64,000 nt of DNA from Tubiluchus corallicola (lineage: Eukaryota > Animalia > Priapulida), in NCBI GenBank assembly GCA_030141605.1, contig JAQGDQ010000002.1, positions 2,046,001-2,110,000 of the forward strand. Reading direction: 5' to 3'. Position numbers and translations under genes: made by a program. The notes beneath the pieces are model-generated. The model searched no databases and was not told the origin of the DNA. It was given only the letters and a program-made list of their open reading frames with translations. Positions 1-14,090 of this stretch are shown piece by piece. The first letter of the stretch is position 1; each line of letters starts with the position of its first letter.

Positions 1-2881
1 CCTGTAAATTTAATAAACTTTTACCTTTATGTTCAAATATGGATTAAAATTCTTTGTTTTTGTAGGTGATTTCACTGATTTCACATCTCTAACTTCACAA
101 TATACAAGTTTTAAAGCATAAAATGCCTGTGCACAAATTTGTCAATTAGACTAGCAGGTGATTTGTTTGAGAAATGATTAAAGCAAACCTGGTACAAGCG
201 TGGTCAATCAGAAGAGATGTGTTGTGGAGAGTACTCTCTGTACAGGTATTGTGATAAGGACATTGTTCTTGCTGCAGCTGCACAGCCTGGAGGAGTAATT
301 CTTGTAGTCGTCGTGGAGGCAACATCACAGATGGTGGAAGAAAAGCTGAAAAAATAAAAAAACTGAGTAAAATACAAGCAAACACCTGAATCAAATATGC
401 ACAAACCTTTGAATATTGTGTAATCAATAGCTTCGAAAATCAAATTATATTTGCAGCAACGCTCTTATTGTTTTTAATGGTGAAAATAACTAGCAATATA
501 GGCAATATTACCAGAAGATTTTGAAAAAATTTTTCAACAGCTGATTCTCAGTGTTGTGTGATAGCACCTTCACTGTTTTTATTCTACGATTAAAACAATT
601 TGCAGATAAAATCCTTGATACACTCCAAACAAACTGGATACATGTAAGGCGCATGTTATTGATGCCAACTGCTGCCAATGGCGAACGCCACTAAGAAATA
701 ACACTACCTTGTAATTTTTCCATAAGGGCTTGTCGTGACATTGCACCCTTTCCTGACCAGGACGACATCTTACGCAAATCCTCTGGATTGCTGCACATCA
801 TGTATCTGAATAAAGCAAAACAAAAATATAAAAAAATACTGAAAATTGCATTTAAAAAAACTAGCAGTAGTTATTTCAGGACAAATTGCAGCTCACATAT
901 GTTGTACGAGGACAGTCTGTTTCTGTAGGTGCTAACATCTCAACATAAAGCGCTGCAGCTTATACTATCATACCAAATAGATAAATGCAAAATTGTCACA
1001 AATAGCAATTTAAGACTAATTAAAAACTTACCCGCTAAGAGCATGAACTCGTTCAGTGTTATATTTTAAAGGAGTAAGTTCATGTCGTAGGCAATGCAAA
1101 GCTTCCATCACACGGCTATCCTCTAAATATTCCAGATACTTTTGCTCCAATAACAAAAACTTCATTTGCTAAAATAACAGAAATGAAATACTGAATATGC
1201 AAAATGGTAAAACACAAATTCACTAATACTGCAAGTCTAAACATTTTAATCACCCCAAAATTTTATTCTTTACAAAACTTACGTACTTATCATTATTTGG
1301 ATTATCAAAAAAGGCACTAAATCAAAAAGCATCATACCTGAATTCCTTTGTCAGTGTCAACCACTGCACTAAGTTCATTCAGATCATGCTCTGCCTGTTG
1401 AAATCAAACACAATTTTACATCTCCTAGATACAGATATCCCACAATAGCCTACTAACGCAATGCACAAAGTTTACATAAGCTCATAAGCAGGTTCAATAG
1501 CACCAAAAAAACTTTACAAAAAACTACACAAAATTTTTGGTTGTCCATTCACTAAAAAACAACTGCATACAGAATAACAATAGTGCGTGTTTGGTCGTGA
1601 AGTTAAACAGCACGAGGCAATATAGTACACCTGTAATCTAATTTTCTGTCATTTACAAATGCACATTCTCAGTACTACAAATCAAGCTAACAAATACATA
1701 ACAATGAAACAAAAATCCTTAAAAACAAATACGGGAATATTAAAACACAAAAAATAGTAATAACATATAGATAATAAAAGCAGCATGTATGAAAATATTA
1801 AAATCAAAAACTGATTATAAACACTGCAGAAAAAAACTAAGATAAGTTAAATATGTACAATAGTTTTAGTGATATCCTATTTATGACGTTAAGGAGTAAT
1901 AGAAATAGAAGCCAATAAAGTTGTTGTTTTGTCTTCATGAGAAATTCTAATAACATCATTTAACTCACCGAAGACTCTATGATGTGTGTTATCTGTGTGT
2001 GGTCATTGCCTCAGCAAAGATATTAAATAATGTCAACAAATAAACAATAAGGAAGAACCAGCATTGATTAAAAATCTAATGTTTAATTAGAAATAAAAAG
2101 AAAAGGGCACCTTATTCTAAGATCTTACTCGTTACTTTCAGCATTGCATAAAAAATGTAGGGAGCAAACACTCTTTATACAAAAACTTTTCTTGAGCACC
2201 TTATCCCAATCTCCGTCCATTATGTGCTGTCTGAATTTGGCTGCCGCGGGATGTTCGAGTCTGCATCCTGATTCCACCATCAACTGATCGGCAGTGCGAC
2301 TAAATAAAAAACAGCAAATGAAATTCTTCTTCAAATTCTATATGGTCTGGGTTAATGAAACCATTTTCGTGTATGCAATAATTTAAAATAGGAATTTCTG
2401 AAAACGAATTTTAGAAAGACTTTAACTAGTTATTGAATGGCTTTGTCATATTACATTTTGAACAAGCATCCATGTTCATTGGAATTACTAACAGCATTGG
2501 TTAAAAAGCATAAATAATTCTAAACAAGACCAACGCTAAGCACATCCGAACGACCGATAATTATTACAGCTCATGAAAACAAACAAAGGGTTCATACTTT
2601 AATCCAAGACCTCTCAAATGCTGTCCTATCAACCTCACTATGTCCTGATCAGTTTGTGACATAGGCAGCCTGGTGCTGTCTTCATCTACACAATTAATTT
2701 CCCCATTTGACGTGCAAGCTCCATTTTGCAGAGCCACAGATCCTGGCTGAATTCCATCTGGCAAGTCTCCATTGTGTTGTGGTCGGCCATTTGATTCATG
2801 CATGTTTTCTACGGTCAATCTTTGCTTTTTCCGCGGCGGCGGAGACACTCCACCCTCATCCGACTCGGAGGACGATGCCAG
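1..2881 (-). CDS. WDR26: WD repeat-containing protein 26 (GID7, CTLH E3 ligase subunit), 5' part; continues beyond window start
   Basis: Phase-consistent exons 2881(CUG) or 2803(AUG)-2598, 2299-2200, 1394-1338, 1168-1032, 805-708, 345-189, with the next acceptor (tttacag) at 2-3. Translation gives LisH ([27 protein letters not shown]), CTLH ([20 protein letters not shown]...[16 protein letters not shown]) and [20 protein letters not shown]...SLLIDHAC, matching my recollection of WDR26. The WD40 repeats lie outside the window. Confidence 0.95.
2815..2859 (-). promoter_or_regulatory. Out-of-frame uORF ([14 protein letters not shown]) in the WDR26 5' region
   Basis: The only AUG on the minus strand between 3045 and the in-frame AUG at 2803. 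Weak context (cggATGa); its stop ends 11 nt before the main AUG. Confidence 0.5.
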
Positions 2882-5799
2882 ACTGCCGACCAGCTCCCCA
2901 GTGGATTGTATTTTGCCCGAATATACAATTCCACTATTTTAATTTTTATCACAGAATTAATCAGCTGTATTCCAGCAATGGTTTCTCTGTATATACTAAT
3001 GACGTATTTGGGGACCGAATGGGTTGGTGTAATCTGGAACCACGACTGCAAATTAATTTGTATCTCAGTTCTGTGATGCTCTATAATTAGTATTATTCAA
3101 CACTGTGTATAAGCTCTAATAATCATGATGACCTTTTTAGAAGCAGCTAGTAGTAAACTTATGTGCCCACTATTATTTTTAAATTTTTGTATAAGACGTT
3201 AATTTAAAAACTGATAGTAAAAGGGTGATTGGGAAGTTGGATGTTATCTTTCCTGGTAGGATAACTTTGTAAACATGATAATTTTTACATTGAAATCTTA
3301 CTTTCAACCCAAAATAATCAAATATGCTAAAGAATCAAACAAGTTAGATGGTTAAACCAGTCCAAAATATTTTATAATAGTTATTTCATCCTTTTAATAA
3401 ATCTAAGCCTGAAACTAAACATTCTGAATTACAAACCCATAATGACCAACCAAGCATCAAGCAAAAAAGGAAGGAATACAAAACAACGAGATTTGAAATA
3501 CAATATTCATTCATTTATTGTTCATGTTATAATTAGTTCCACAAAAATTTTTTTGCTACAAATGTTTAGCTAATTATATCACAGAAATAAATAACACAAG
3601 TTCTCAGTATTATATTTTTTGTAGATTTAAATGCCACCCATACACAGAGTGCTAGACTTCAAGCAAAATGTGAGCAAACAATGTGCTAGGTGTATTATAT
3701 GATATAAAAACATCATTTGATTGTATGACAAAAACATTCCTTGAGCAAAACACTATTGCTCGATATGCAGGCTAGCAATCTCTTTCTATGCACATGTGGC
3801 ATTTAAATCAATGATTATCTGTTTCTCAGAATATGTCAAATGTGTGTTACATTTCCTGATTAATTAAGATTAGTTAACACTCAACAGTTCAATTAACTTC
3901 AGTGTGTTACACTTTACTCCTGTATTCCATAACCTTTTTCAGGTAGACATGTCAAAACCCAGTTTACAGGTAAATTAAATTACACTAACAAAGCCTTAGA
4001 TAACGCAGCACAGAAACTGAAAGCAATCTATGACAGCTCTCTGGCCAAAATGCTCGTGAAACAAGCAAGAAAGCAATGACATACAGAATTAAATAAATAA
4101 ATACAGCTAACACATTAATATACCAATATAGCAGCAACTTCTGAGTAAGTAGCTAAATGGCAGAAAGCTGAGAACAAAATCTACTTATGTACTATTCAAA
4201 TGTATCCTAGATTGTTCAGAGCAATGCAAATAAGTAAAGCAACAGATTCTTGTTTCAATACAACATTAAAAAGAAATTGTATTGTATTAAAAAGAAACTG
4301 TATTAAAAGAAATATGACAGTCACAGTAATGGTTACACTTTAAGAAATATACATAATTTTTATCAAACAATTTTAACATCGAACTAGTCGTTGGTCAAAG
4401 TGCTACAGTCTGCATTACTCTGGCTGTATATCAAATATAGCACAGTATAATCACATGTATTGTCATGAATTCATAAACACGATGAATACTGTATTACAGG
4501 ATAAAAAATACATAATCTCAGTTTCAAGGCACCTACGATCAATGAGGTAGCCATGTTGAATGCAAACTAAAGCAGAACACAGGAAATAATTTAATCTCAT
4601 GACAAAAGCATCAATATTGTATTTAGCTTGCAAAAATTTACTAATACCATTTCCAAACATTTTAAAATGTGTGTCAACTTATGTAATAAACTTTACCCAC
4701 AATATTTCAAATGCTAAGTTTTTTATAGCAAAGAAACATTAATCTATTATCGATTAACTATTTGTAAAAACTAAAAATCAGTGAATTTTGGAAATCCCCA
4801 ATACCTCAATTGTGTTCCAGTGTTCCAATTATATTTAGTATAAAGTTCATGGAGGTTCATACAGAGCTACATATCACATATCACAAAAATTTTGAACTAT
4901 CTATATACATCTCAATCACACCCACTAAAATTACATACCACTTAAAATCATAGACAAAGACTAGTGAAGAAAAAACACAATACTAGTTTTAAAACACCTT
5001 AACACATTAAAATTCGATTGTCAGAAACGATTGCAGTATGGTGTCACTATGATCATGAAATCCTTAGAGCATTTTACTGAAAAACACGTTTAAAAAATCT
5101 ACATATAGTGCACTAAAGTGGCTTCGTACAAAAACATGCTCTTTAGCCAGGAGAAGATGAGATTTTATAACTCCATTCACACTAAACAGAAAAAGCTCTA
5201 CCCAGTGCAAACTTTTTAGATCCAATTATCACACACACAACAAAAACAACAGGAACTGGACTTTCTGTGTCTATCTCGAGTATGTGGTCTTAAAAAATCT
5301 ATGTTACTAGGATCCGGATTTTTTTTTTATAACGTAAACAGAATATGTACCCATCCCCACTATGCTCTGCTAAGTATAGCACAGCTCAGAGACCAAGTAC
5401 TTTTTATTGCATGCAGAAGCTTGATAGTGTACTTTGACACAGAGGCAAAATAGGTCCACATATCCACAAGTGTAAACAGGTGTGTAAGTGAACAATTTTG
5501 TATTAAGAATTTTTAATTTTAGATGTAAACTTTTTTTATCGCAGAAAGCTGAATTGGATGGTACTTTCAACTCTTTTTTAAAGTATGAATCTGCTGTTGG
5601 TAATTAATAGTATTTTGTCTGTATTTTCTCTAGATTTATTTTAGTATGTATTTTTGCACATAAGCCCTATTTACACTATGGAGAAGATACAGGATGAAGG
5701 AATTAAAAAAGTGTTGGAAGTGCCATTAATTTCAGCTTACTGTGATAGAAGAAGTTTACACCCAAAATTACAACATCTAACATTATAAATCAGCAAGTG

Positions 5800-8700
5800 T
5801 TAAATCTGATAGGCAAGTGCGGCTGAGGATATATTATCACCTCCCCCAGCAGTTTGAAATACTTCTGTGCACACAATTACAGGTGCGATACATATCTCCG
5901 CTCCATCCTCCTTCCAACATGTGACAGGTTTTTTATCATTTATTGTCATTCGGGGGCTTCCCTCCTCGCGACTGGACTGGAAAGAGTCATCAAGAATTAT
6001 CTTAGACTTCGAAAGATGGATTTGTGTTGAACCACAAACATGCCGATTGGCTGTAAGTGATGCTTTTGCAGCAGCTGCCATGTTATTTTTCCACAAAGAG
6101 CTATCACTGGTCATTATAACCTATTATCAAAAGCAAATGAATTATCAAAAGTAGATATAATTTTTTTTAATATTTTAATTATTATATTTGTTATGTAACC
6201 TTTGTTTTTAAATTCTTTCCCATTTTTATTACCAGAAATTAAAAATCAACAAAGTTTGTGAAGAAACGTGTCACCATTCTTATTGAGAAACTAATACAAA
6301 TCGTACCTCAGTTCAAGTATGGCATTAAGAGCTGCAAAACACAGCATAATTAAGTCAAGCATTCTTTGCTCAAATTAAATGCCCTTTTTTATGAATTTGC
6401 TAGTTTTAGTTACACCTTTTCGGATATCTCTGCAACATGGGGAAACAGTTATTTCCCGACACCCCTTATACGTTAGAAACATGTCCACTTCTGCCCATGT
6501 AAAATCCTATTATTAATGCTCTATATTATGGAAGGCTCTATATTAAGAAACAATGAATTGACAAAGATCTCTTAAATATTTTCAAATCTGTATAGTTTTG
6601 TTTATGAAACATTCAGAAACCGTGACTTATTTTGTATTCATTTTTTTCTTTAACAAACACTTTGTCATATTATCAATATCAAATAATAATGCAATAAAAT
6701 GTTATGAAAGTACCATGCACAAGAAAAGCCAACAACCTAAACAGCTAAAAAAGTTTTACCAAATAAAACTTGGCACAACAAACAAATAACATAAGAATTT
6801 CAATGATATTATTATTCATTTATTATATGAATACTAAAAATCAAAATGTCAATTACAGTTGCACCTGATCAGTTTTGCAATAAACAGAAAAAAATCTGAG
6901 CACCTGTGACAGCACGCTCATGCTTCCATCATTTCATGTGATAATAAGATTCAGGCTGATTTTTTTTGCTGTTTTAATTGCCTGAAATATATTGCTGAGG
7001 CCTCCTACCTCCCCCCCCCCATAATGTCACCATGCCTCTGCTAGAGGTTTTTTCCTTTGTCTCTAGCAAACAAAGCGGTGTCACCTATTGCCAGCTACTG
7101 AGTTGGTCTTTTAACATAAGATTTGCTCAATCAACTTTGTTTGATAAACTTTGCCTAAGAGATTTTCAGACCCCAAATTTTTGGTAAGATTAATCATTCT
7201 CAAGCAGCATTCTATCATTCAATGGTAACAAAGTCAAGTGCATACTGGTAATCAGTAAATCATCATACTTACAGAAAACATTAAACAAATTCTGTGGTAA
7301 CAAAAAATGTAAAGGATTTTTAGTATTGAATACTTCACTTGTTAAGCTTTTTTAAGTTTTTCTTAGTATTGCATCTAGGTAAAACCCTTTTTGACCTGGT
7401 TCCCCCTTTTTTCTCCAGCTATAAACCAGCTAAAAGCCTTAAATAGACCAAAAGAAGCAAATAGGCATTTTTGATCTGCTACTCCAACACAACAAATTCT
7501 CAATACTGTTTTCAGTCCATTTGAAAAGAATGATGCTATTCAAAATAAGGCCATTTGTTCACATACAGGGGTTAAGAGGTTCACTCCCAAGCTTGCAGTT
7601 AAAGGTGAAACTGGTTGGATTCCCAGTACATGTACCACATAGACACAGACATTTACTTTCTCCAATAATGTGTCACATTATGAGTAGAAAAATGAATATA
7701 CTTCAATTTTGGAATATAGTATGATAAAAGTCGACGGGGTTGGAATATGTGCACTGACGAAAATGTCACAAATTGGTCCTATTATATAAATCAGATTTTC
7801 TCTTGATTGCAGTTTATAATTAGTTATTGGTGCTAGAAATTCAACTAAAATTCAGTAAATATCCTGCCATGTACAGAAAGGTCTTTCGATCTGTTTAAAG
7901 CTGAATGGAATTGCCAGGTAAATATTATACCAAAATTAAGAGCACTTAAACGTTTTAAGAGAGGTTTTTATATGGAATGCAATTTATATAACACTGTTAG
8001 TAGCTCATAGAGATCACTTTTATCTCAGTTTAGATGTGGTGTTTTGCTTTTAGAAATTGATACTGGCCAATTCCATGTGCTTGCAATATGTGAAATGTAT
8101 AATTTATGTGAAATAGAAAACAAAATACATTTCCTTCTTGACTGCCCTTTTAATAATACACAAAGAAGGGGTTTATTTCAACAAATTTCATGTGACGAGT
8201 GAATACTGAAAAATTCGCTTTTACTATAAATACTGTCTGATGTTTAAACTAGAAACCTTGCTCGCATTGTATAAAATTCTTAACTGTAGAGGTGCAAAAA
8301 CTGTCAGTTTGTCTATCCTTTCCAGAATTGTTAAGTAATCTTGTATCATATGCATGATAATATGATCCGTATGAATTTTGCTATGTGTACACGTTAAGAA
8401 AGTCTTTTGGACTTATCAAGCAGTGACTTGTAAGCCTAAGCGGCTGGGTTTGACGTCTAAATCTATTGTAATACATATAATGGAAAAATGATGGTAATGT
8501 ATGATGGATGTAAACATGTCACTTCAATAAATATTTTCTCACTTACTCACTACTAAAACCGTGTTCAGAGTAAAGAGTTTTCTCGCCAAGAGAAGAGTGG
8601 AGAGTAAATTGCCAAGGCATTCACATTAGACAGCAGCTTGCAGGAAATCAACTCACAGCAACTGTCGGAGAGCTTTACAATAACTTACTGAAGTAACTCG

Positions 8701-11700
8701 CAAAGCAGTTTACACTTTCAAGTTTGCTGTCAAAGAGAATACTCAGAACAGAAAACTCGCAAGTCTGAGCATGCCGTAATATTTTGATTGGAAGTTTTAT
8801 ATCTTGCTATTAATTGTCAGCCACTGATGTGCCACGACTTTTATTCATTATTGCCAACTATTTTTTTAGCTGCTTCCTTGATTTGGTATTTTTTGTAAAA
8901 AAATGGCCTAAAAAAGACGAAATAAACTTTTTGGATGATCTTTAAGTCTCCAGATTGACTGTTTTTGCCTTATCGTTGCAGAACACATGAATTTTTACAC
9001 ACTATAAACACTACGTGATAAAATTAACAAGAAATCTTGTACCAAAAGTTATTACCTGATATGCTAGGGTATGTACATGAATTCGAGTCTGTTGACTGCA
9101 ACCACGTTTGTTTTGAGAGGTATTTAAAAAGCTAAATATTGCACGTGTTTGATCGAGTACAGTCGCCACTCTCGGGTACGGATCAGATATAAGGGTCACA
9201 TTGCCTCCATGCAAAATATGAAAGAGATTGGGTAGTTCCTAAAAAGTTAATATGAACTGAGAAATCAAACTGAGAAAAACATTATATCAAACTGAAGTCT
9301 AATTACAAAAATTAAATAGCAAAGTAATAATTATTCTAGAAAATAGTGTTCGGCAATTTACTAAAAATTTTATTTAACAAGAATAAAATAAAAGCTCAAA
9401 GTCTAAATTGCTCAAAAGGCTTATTTCTCCATCCATGTAAAGCCACATTGCTGCTTGTTTTACATATTGCACAAAATGTTAATCTCATTATATGTGTGCA
9501 GCTCAAACCACGTATATAACACCGGACCCTCAGTTAACAGTACTTTTATGGTGCAGTGTAGCCTTTATGCTTACAGCCAGCAAACGTGATTCAGGTCTGA
9601 CTAACATCAAGTCTTTGATTCCTTCAATGAGATTTCAAACAAGTTTAAAGATAAACAAGACCCATTCTTAAACTATAGCTGAAAAAACAATCTACCCTAT
9701 AAAGTATTGAAAGGGAGCATATTGTTTTTTTCAAGAATTACTTATGTGAAAGAATTATTACCACAGAAACATAACTTTATGTGTGTGTGACTAGTTTTCT
9801 CTGTTGCTTGCATTCCGACACTTGCTAGTTAGATAGCGGGCACTAGCACCTGCATCTCGGAAATGCAATGCACAAAAACAGGTGCTGTTCTTGTCAGTTT
9901 AGAGGTGGTCAGTTGTAACGTAGTGCCCACATTCAACAGCTCCTGCGTGAGCACAGCAGTAGACTTAAAATTTGAATTTTAAACTTAAAAATTTGTCGAG
10001 TTTTTGTATATCATACTGAATGTTCACAAAACATGGAAATACACCCACAGAATGTTTGTGCTATAGGAAATTATGTTCAGTTGTGATGTCATTATAAGTT
10101 GGGCTCGCCCACCATTAATTAAGCTTCTAACCTATTATTTAATTATCCGAAACATTTTGGCACTATTACAGGCGTTAAAAAGGTATGCATTTTCCCACAC
10201 TTCAAATTTCTGTTTTCCTTTAAATATACAAATCAAACTGAAAACTAAAAACAAGAACACTACAAGAAAAAAGCTAAGGGGGAAAGTTGAAGATCATGGC
10301 TATGGAGCTAAGATGCACTAGAGCTGGTCACTGATTAACCAGGTAACAGCCAGGAAGCCTTGGTGGTTCGTATATACACATGCAAACGTGGTTAAGACAC
10401 CCCCTGCCAATTCAGTTCGCATTTTAAGAAATTATTCTTGATAAAGAAAGAGGTAGATTCCAGTCTAACCAACTAAATTTAGTAGAAAGCATACTCCTGA
10501 GTGCCAAACTCTGTCTCATACAGTGTACAAAACAGTACAATAAAAAAAGTAAGAACAACAACAAAGACATTGCAAGAGTCTCTAGTGAGTAATAGTGATG
10601 TGAAATTAATTTGTCACCTGTTCATTCATGCCAATTGAGTCAACGTAAGGCAAAATGAATTCCACTAGATCTGTTAAAAAAGACTGGTCTGAAAATGAAG
10701 CCATTTCAAAATGAATCCTTGCATTACAAGGTAGCTGCAGGATGAGGTCACGTATTCTTTGCAAAATTTGTTTTCGCTCACCTAGTATCAGATGCAAAAG
10801 AAAATTAACACAAAAAAAACTTATTTTACAAACTTAAGTAACTGTATTTCAAAAAATATAAGTTTGGGGACAGAGCAGCCACTTAAGGCTATAACAAGTT
10901 TCTTTAATAAGTTGATAAAAGATTAATTACATATACCAGGTTTAAATGGAAAATTGTCCATCATCTGAAGACCACCAATGACAAGGAGATTTGGATGAAA
11001 CGACAGTAGCTGATTCGCAAAATCTGGTATTGAGTTCATTTTTGGATTATTCATATCGTGATGAACAATGAACCTATCGTAAAAGAGTGTTGAAGTACAG
11101 TTTATTTCAAAAAGCAATAAAGTAACATCTCTAGACTCAGTTTAGAGAGTTCAATCAGTTACCAAAAAGTTCTTAATAGGATTGGCCTCAGCCAGGCTTC
11201 TACAAAAATGAACGACTAAACAATGTACGAGTCCGAGATATGACTCGAGCACACCACTAGTCAGTATTGTCTATCACCAGTTTAGAAACCGACCCTACAT
11301 ACTCCATGAGAAACAATTATGTATAATTGTATATAGCCAACAGTAAAATCCAATTAGTTTATAACTGATACCTCGGTTTACGTTTCCAATAAACGTAAAC
11401 ACACCCGAACATAGACGACAATTAAAGTAAAATAACTGTTAACGTGTTATTATTACTACTACCTGTTTGCACGAGGAGCACGATGCTGACCCCATTTATC
11501 ACCTATCGTGTATTCCAATATAAGATGTATGTCATCCTCCTCTAAGAAACCTCCAGCAACTAGAAATGTTACAGGTACAATAGTTATTAGTCAAGAAGCA
11601 TAGATGAGCCACTATGGCAGAAGCCATAGGAAATGCTTGGCACATAAGTTATAACCCGGGCAAGCTAGTTGGCAACACAACCACAATCAAACACTAGCAC

Positions 11701-13749
11701 TGGCTGAATATCAGCTTCTAATAGCCAGATAGCTGAATATGCACTTACCTTGGGTCAATACTGGAATAAACACACGGTGTTCTATTATATTGCCTACAGC
11801 ACTGAAGCATGACCATTTCATACAAAGTGCATAAAAACTGACCTCACAGTAGCAGACTGTTCAGATGCCCAAAAGTGTAATTGACTTAGTTACACTACAA
11901 AGTCTGTTAATCAAAGAAATTTAATACAAGCATTGTAACTTTCATTACACTGAATAAGGCCAAGTAGAAGTGTGCTGTCCACTTATTTTGGGTCCACAAA
12001 TCTGCAGAACAAAAAGTAGCTCGGCAAAATTGCAGGCCTGGATCCTCCACAAAAAAGGAATGATTTCTAAAACTGAGATGCTGATTTAATTCAATTAGCT
12101 CTCTTGTAACACCGTGAGGGTTTGCTGAGCAGCAAAACCAGGCATTCCAACTCCAGGGAGATCCCAATATTAATGGTAACAGCCCTTTTTCCCCCATTTG
12201 AAGTATTTCTCCTGATTTTCCTCTAGTCCTTACAACAATGTAGCATCACACAAAATATATGATAGCAGTGAGGTTAAGACCCACTACCTTTACGTAAGAT
12301 AGAATCACCCATCTACCCTGCTAGACAAAGTGAAAAAAAATCATCTGGGAATGCGGCATATAGAGTAATACCAACACAGCTGACTAAAAACTTATCAAAA
12401 ACAGAGATTTGGACTAAAATTGCTAAGGTTAGGAGTCCATTTGCGATATGCCAAGCCGCTGTTAAACTAATATGGCAGGTCCTTGATCAAGCAAACTACA
12501 CAAATCTGATGATCCAGACTTTCTCGACTATCCGGACATTTTCGACCTCCCAGAACCGGAAATGTCTGGATAATCGAGGTAAACAGAATTTAAACAAACT
12601 TTTATGTTAAACAAGTTAAAAAACTCAATATAAAATAATCAGACTAGACTGATTTTGTTCAAATGATATATATGAAAGAAAAGAAAACCTTTCATGCTTG
12701 GATCCAGCTCATCTAATAGATGTGACGACAATTTGCCACCAAGAAGAACGTCGCAGCCTTCCTGAATAAATCGAGAAGCCATGACAGGAGCATTTCCTCC
12801 GATAACCCAATGGCTTCCTTTCATTTTCTCAGCCAGTGCCACAAGGTTCCTGAAGAGCGTACCATTTGACATAAACCTCCTGAAAAAAAATTATGCGACA
12901 GATATTCAGTTAACTGGCAATTGATGTAACTGTTAAAAGTATAAAAACTAATAAAGAATTTTTTAATATTATTTGCCCCATGCAACCAGTACACACTCAA
13001 AGATTAGCACAATATGCCACACAACAAAGCTGAACATCTCAAGCAGAGAATATTGCACCATCCTGGGATATCAAAATGCAATATGTAATAAGGGGCATTC
13101 AGGTGTCACCATATTTATTGGTGGCAACTAGGCACACGCACATCATCATTTATTGATTCTGGGTAACTGCAATAACTCTGTCACAATACCAAAAACACAA
13201 AACTAAAAAACCAAAAAACAAAGGTGATTCTGAAACAATTTGGTCGCATAAGCACCAATCTATCTGACAACTGAACAGGATTTTTGAACAAACCACCAAA
13301 TCACGACAGCAGTGCTAAGTAATTTTTGTCAAAAATCAAACGACAAAATCATAAATTTCAACTATTGCATAAACTCAAGTTGGTAGAAAAACTCACTCGG
13401 CAGCTGCACCACGTCGAAAGAACAAAGAAAATGTCTTCATTAATTGCTCGGCATTCCGAATGCTTTTAAAATGTTTAGGGACATCTGTGTGACTTTCATT
13501 AATTTTTGCAAGCAATTCAACTCCTTTATCAACAAATAAATCGTTGCACGCACCAAAACCAACAGCTACTCTAGGCTTTATATTTAATTTGTAAGGGAGT
13601 TTCTTTTCCACTTTCAGCAATGCATTTAACATCAAGTTAACTCTTTCCGTTAAATCATCGTCCACAGAATTTCTATTATAAAGATAGGCTAATAAAACGA
13701 AAAAAATGGTAAAACCACAATAAATTCTGACGCCACCGGGCGCAGACAT
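5800..13749 (-). CDS. ADPGK: ADP-dependent glucokinase (ribokinase fold, N-terminal signal anchor), 481 aa
   Basis: Seven phase-consistent exons: 13749-13397, 12879-12689, 11559-11463, 11073-10937, 10781-10618, 9238-9056, 6120-5800 (1446 nt). Motifs: RGAAAERF, IGGNAPVMA, DDIHLILEY, PRANRFIVHHD, IHFEMASF, DSIGMNEQEL, RIHVHTLAYQ and catalytic TAGGGDNIS. Confidence 0.97.
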
Positions 13750-14090
13750 ATTGAAAACTGACAGGCATCAATAATCGAACCGGCCCTGACCTCATTCGGA
13801 TCGCTTCGCTTTGTTTTACACAACATCTTTGATGATCTGTCCACCTTTGGTAAAGGTGAGCTGCTCTACTAGAAAGCAAATTCAAATCGAATTTGTGACA
13901 TTCCAATTCGAACCGAACTACAGTTTTACAATTTACCTGTGGGAAATGCGCTGTAGGGAAGTACAAGGTAGAATTAAAAGAGGTACCAAAAGAACAAAAA
14001 ACGGAAGAAGTGATAAAAGAAGATCAGTACAGACAAATGAAAGAAGAAAATAAATTGTTAGGGAGAAAGATTTAAAGTCAACAAGAGGAG

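Noticed and set aside
2846-2848. GTG start given by the ORF track for WDR26
   Set aside because: The conserved-looking ASSSESD motif lies upstream of it and its +4 base is T; the CUG at 2881 fits better.
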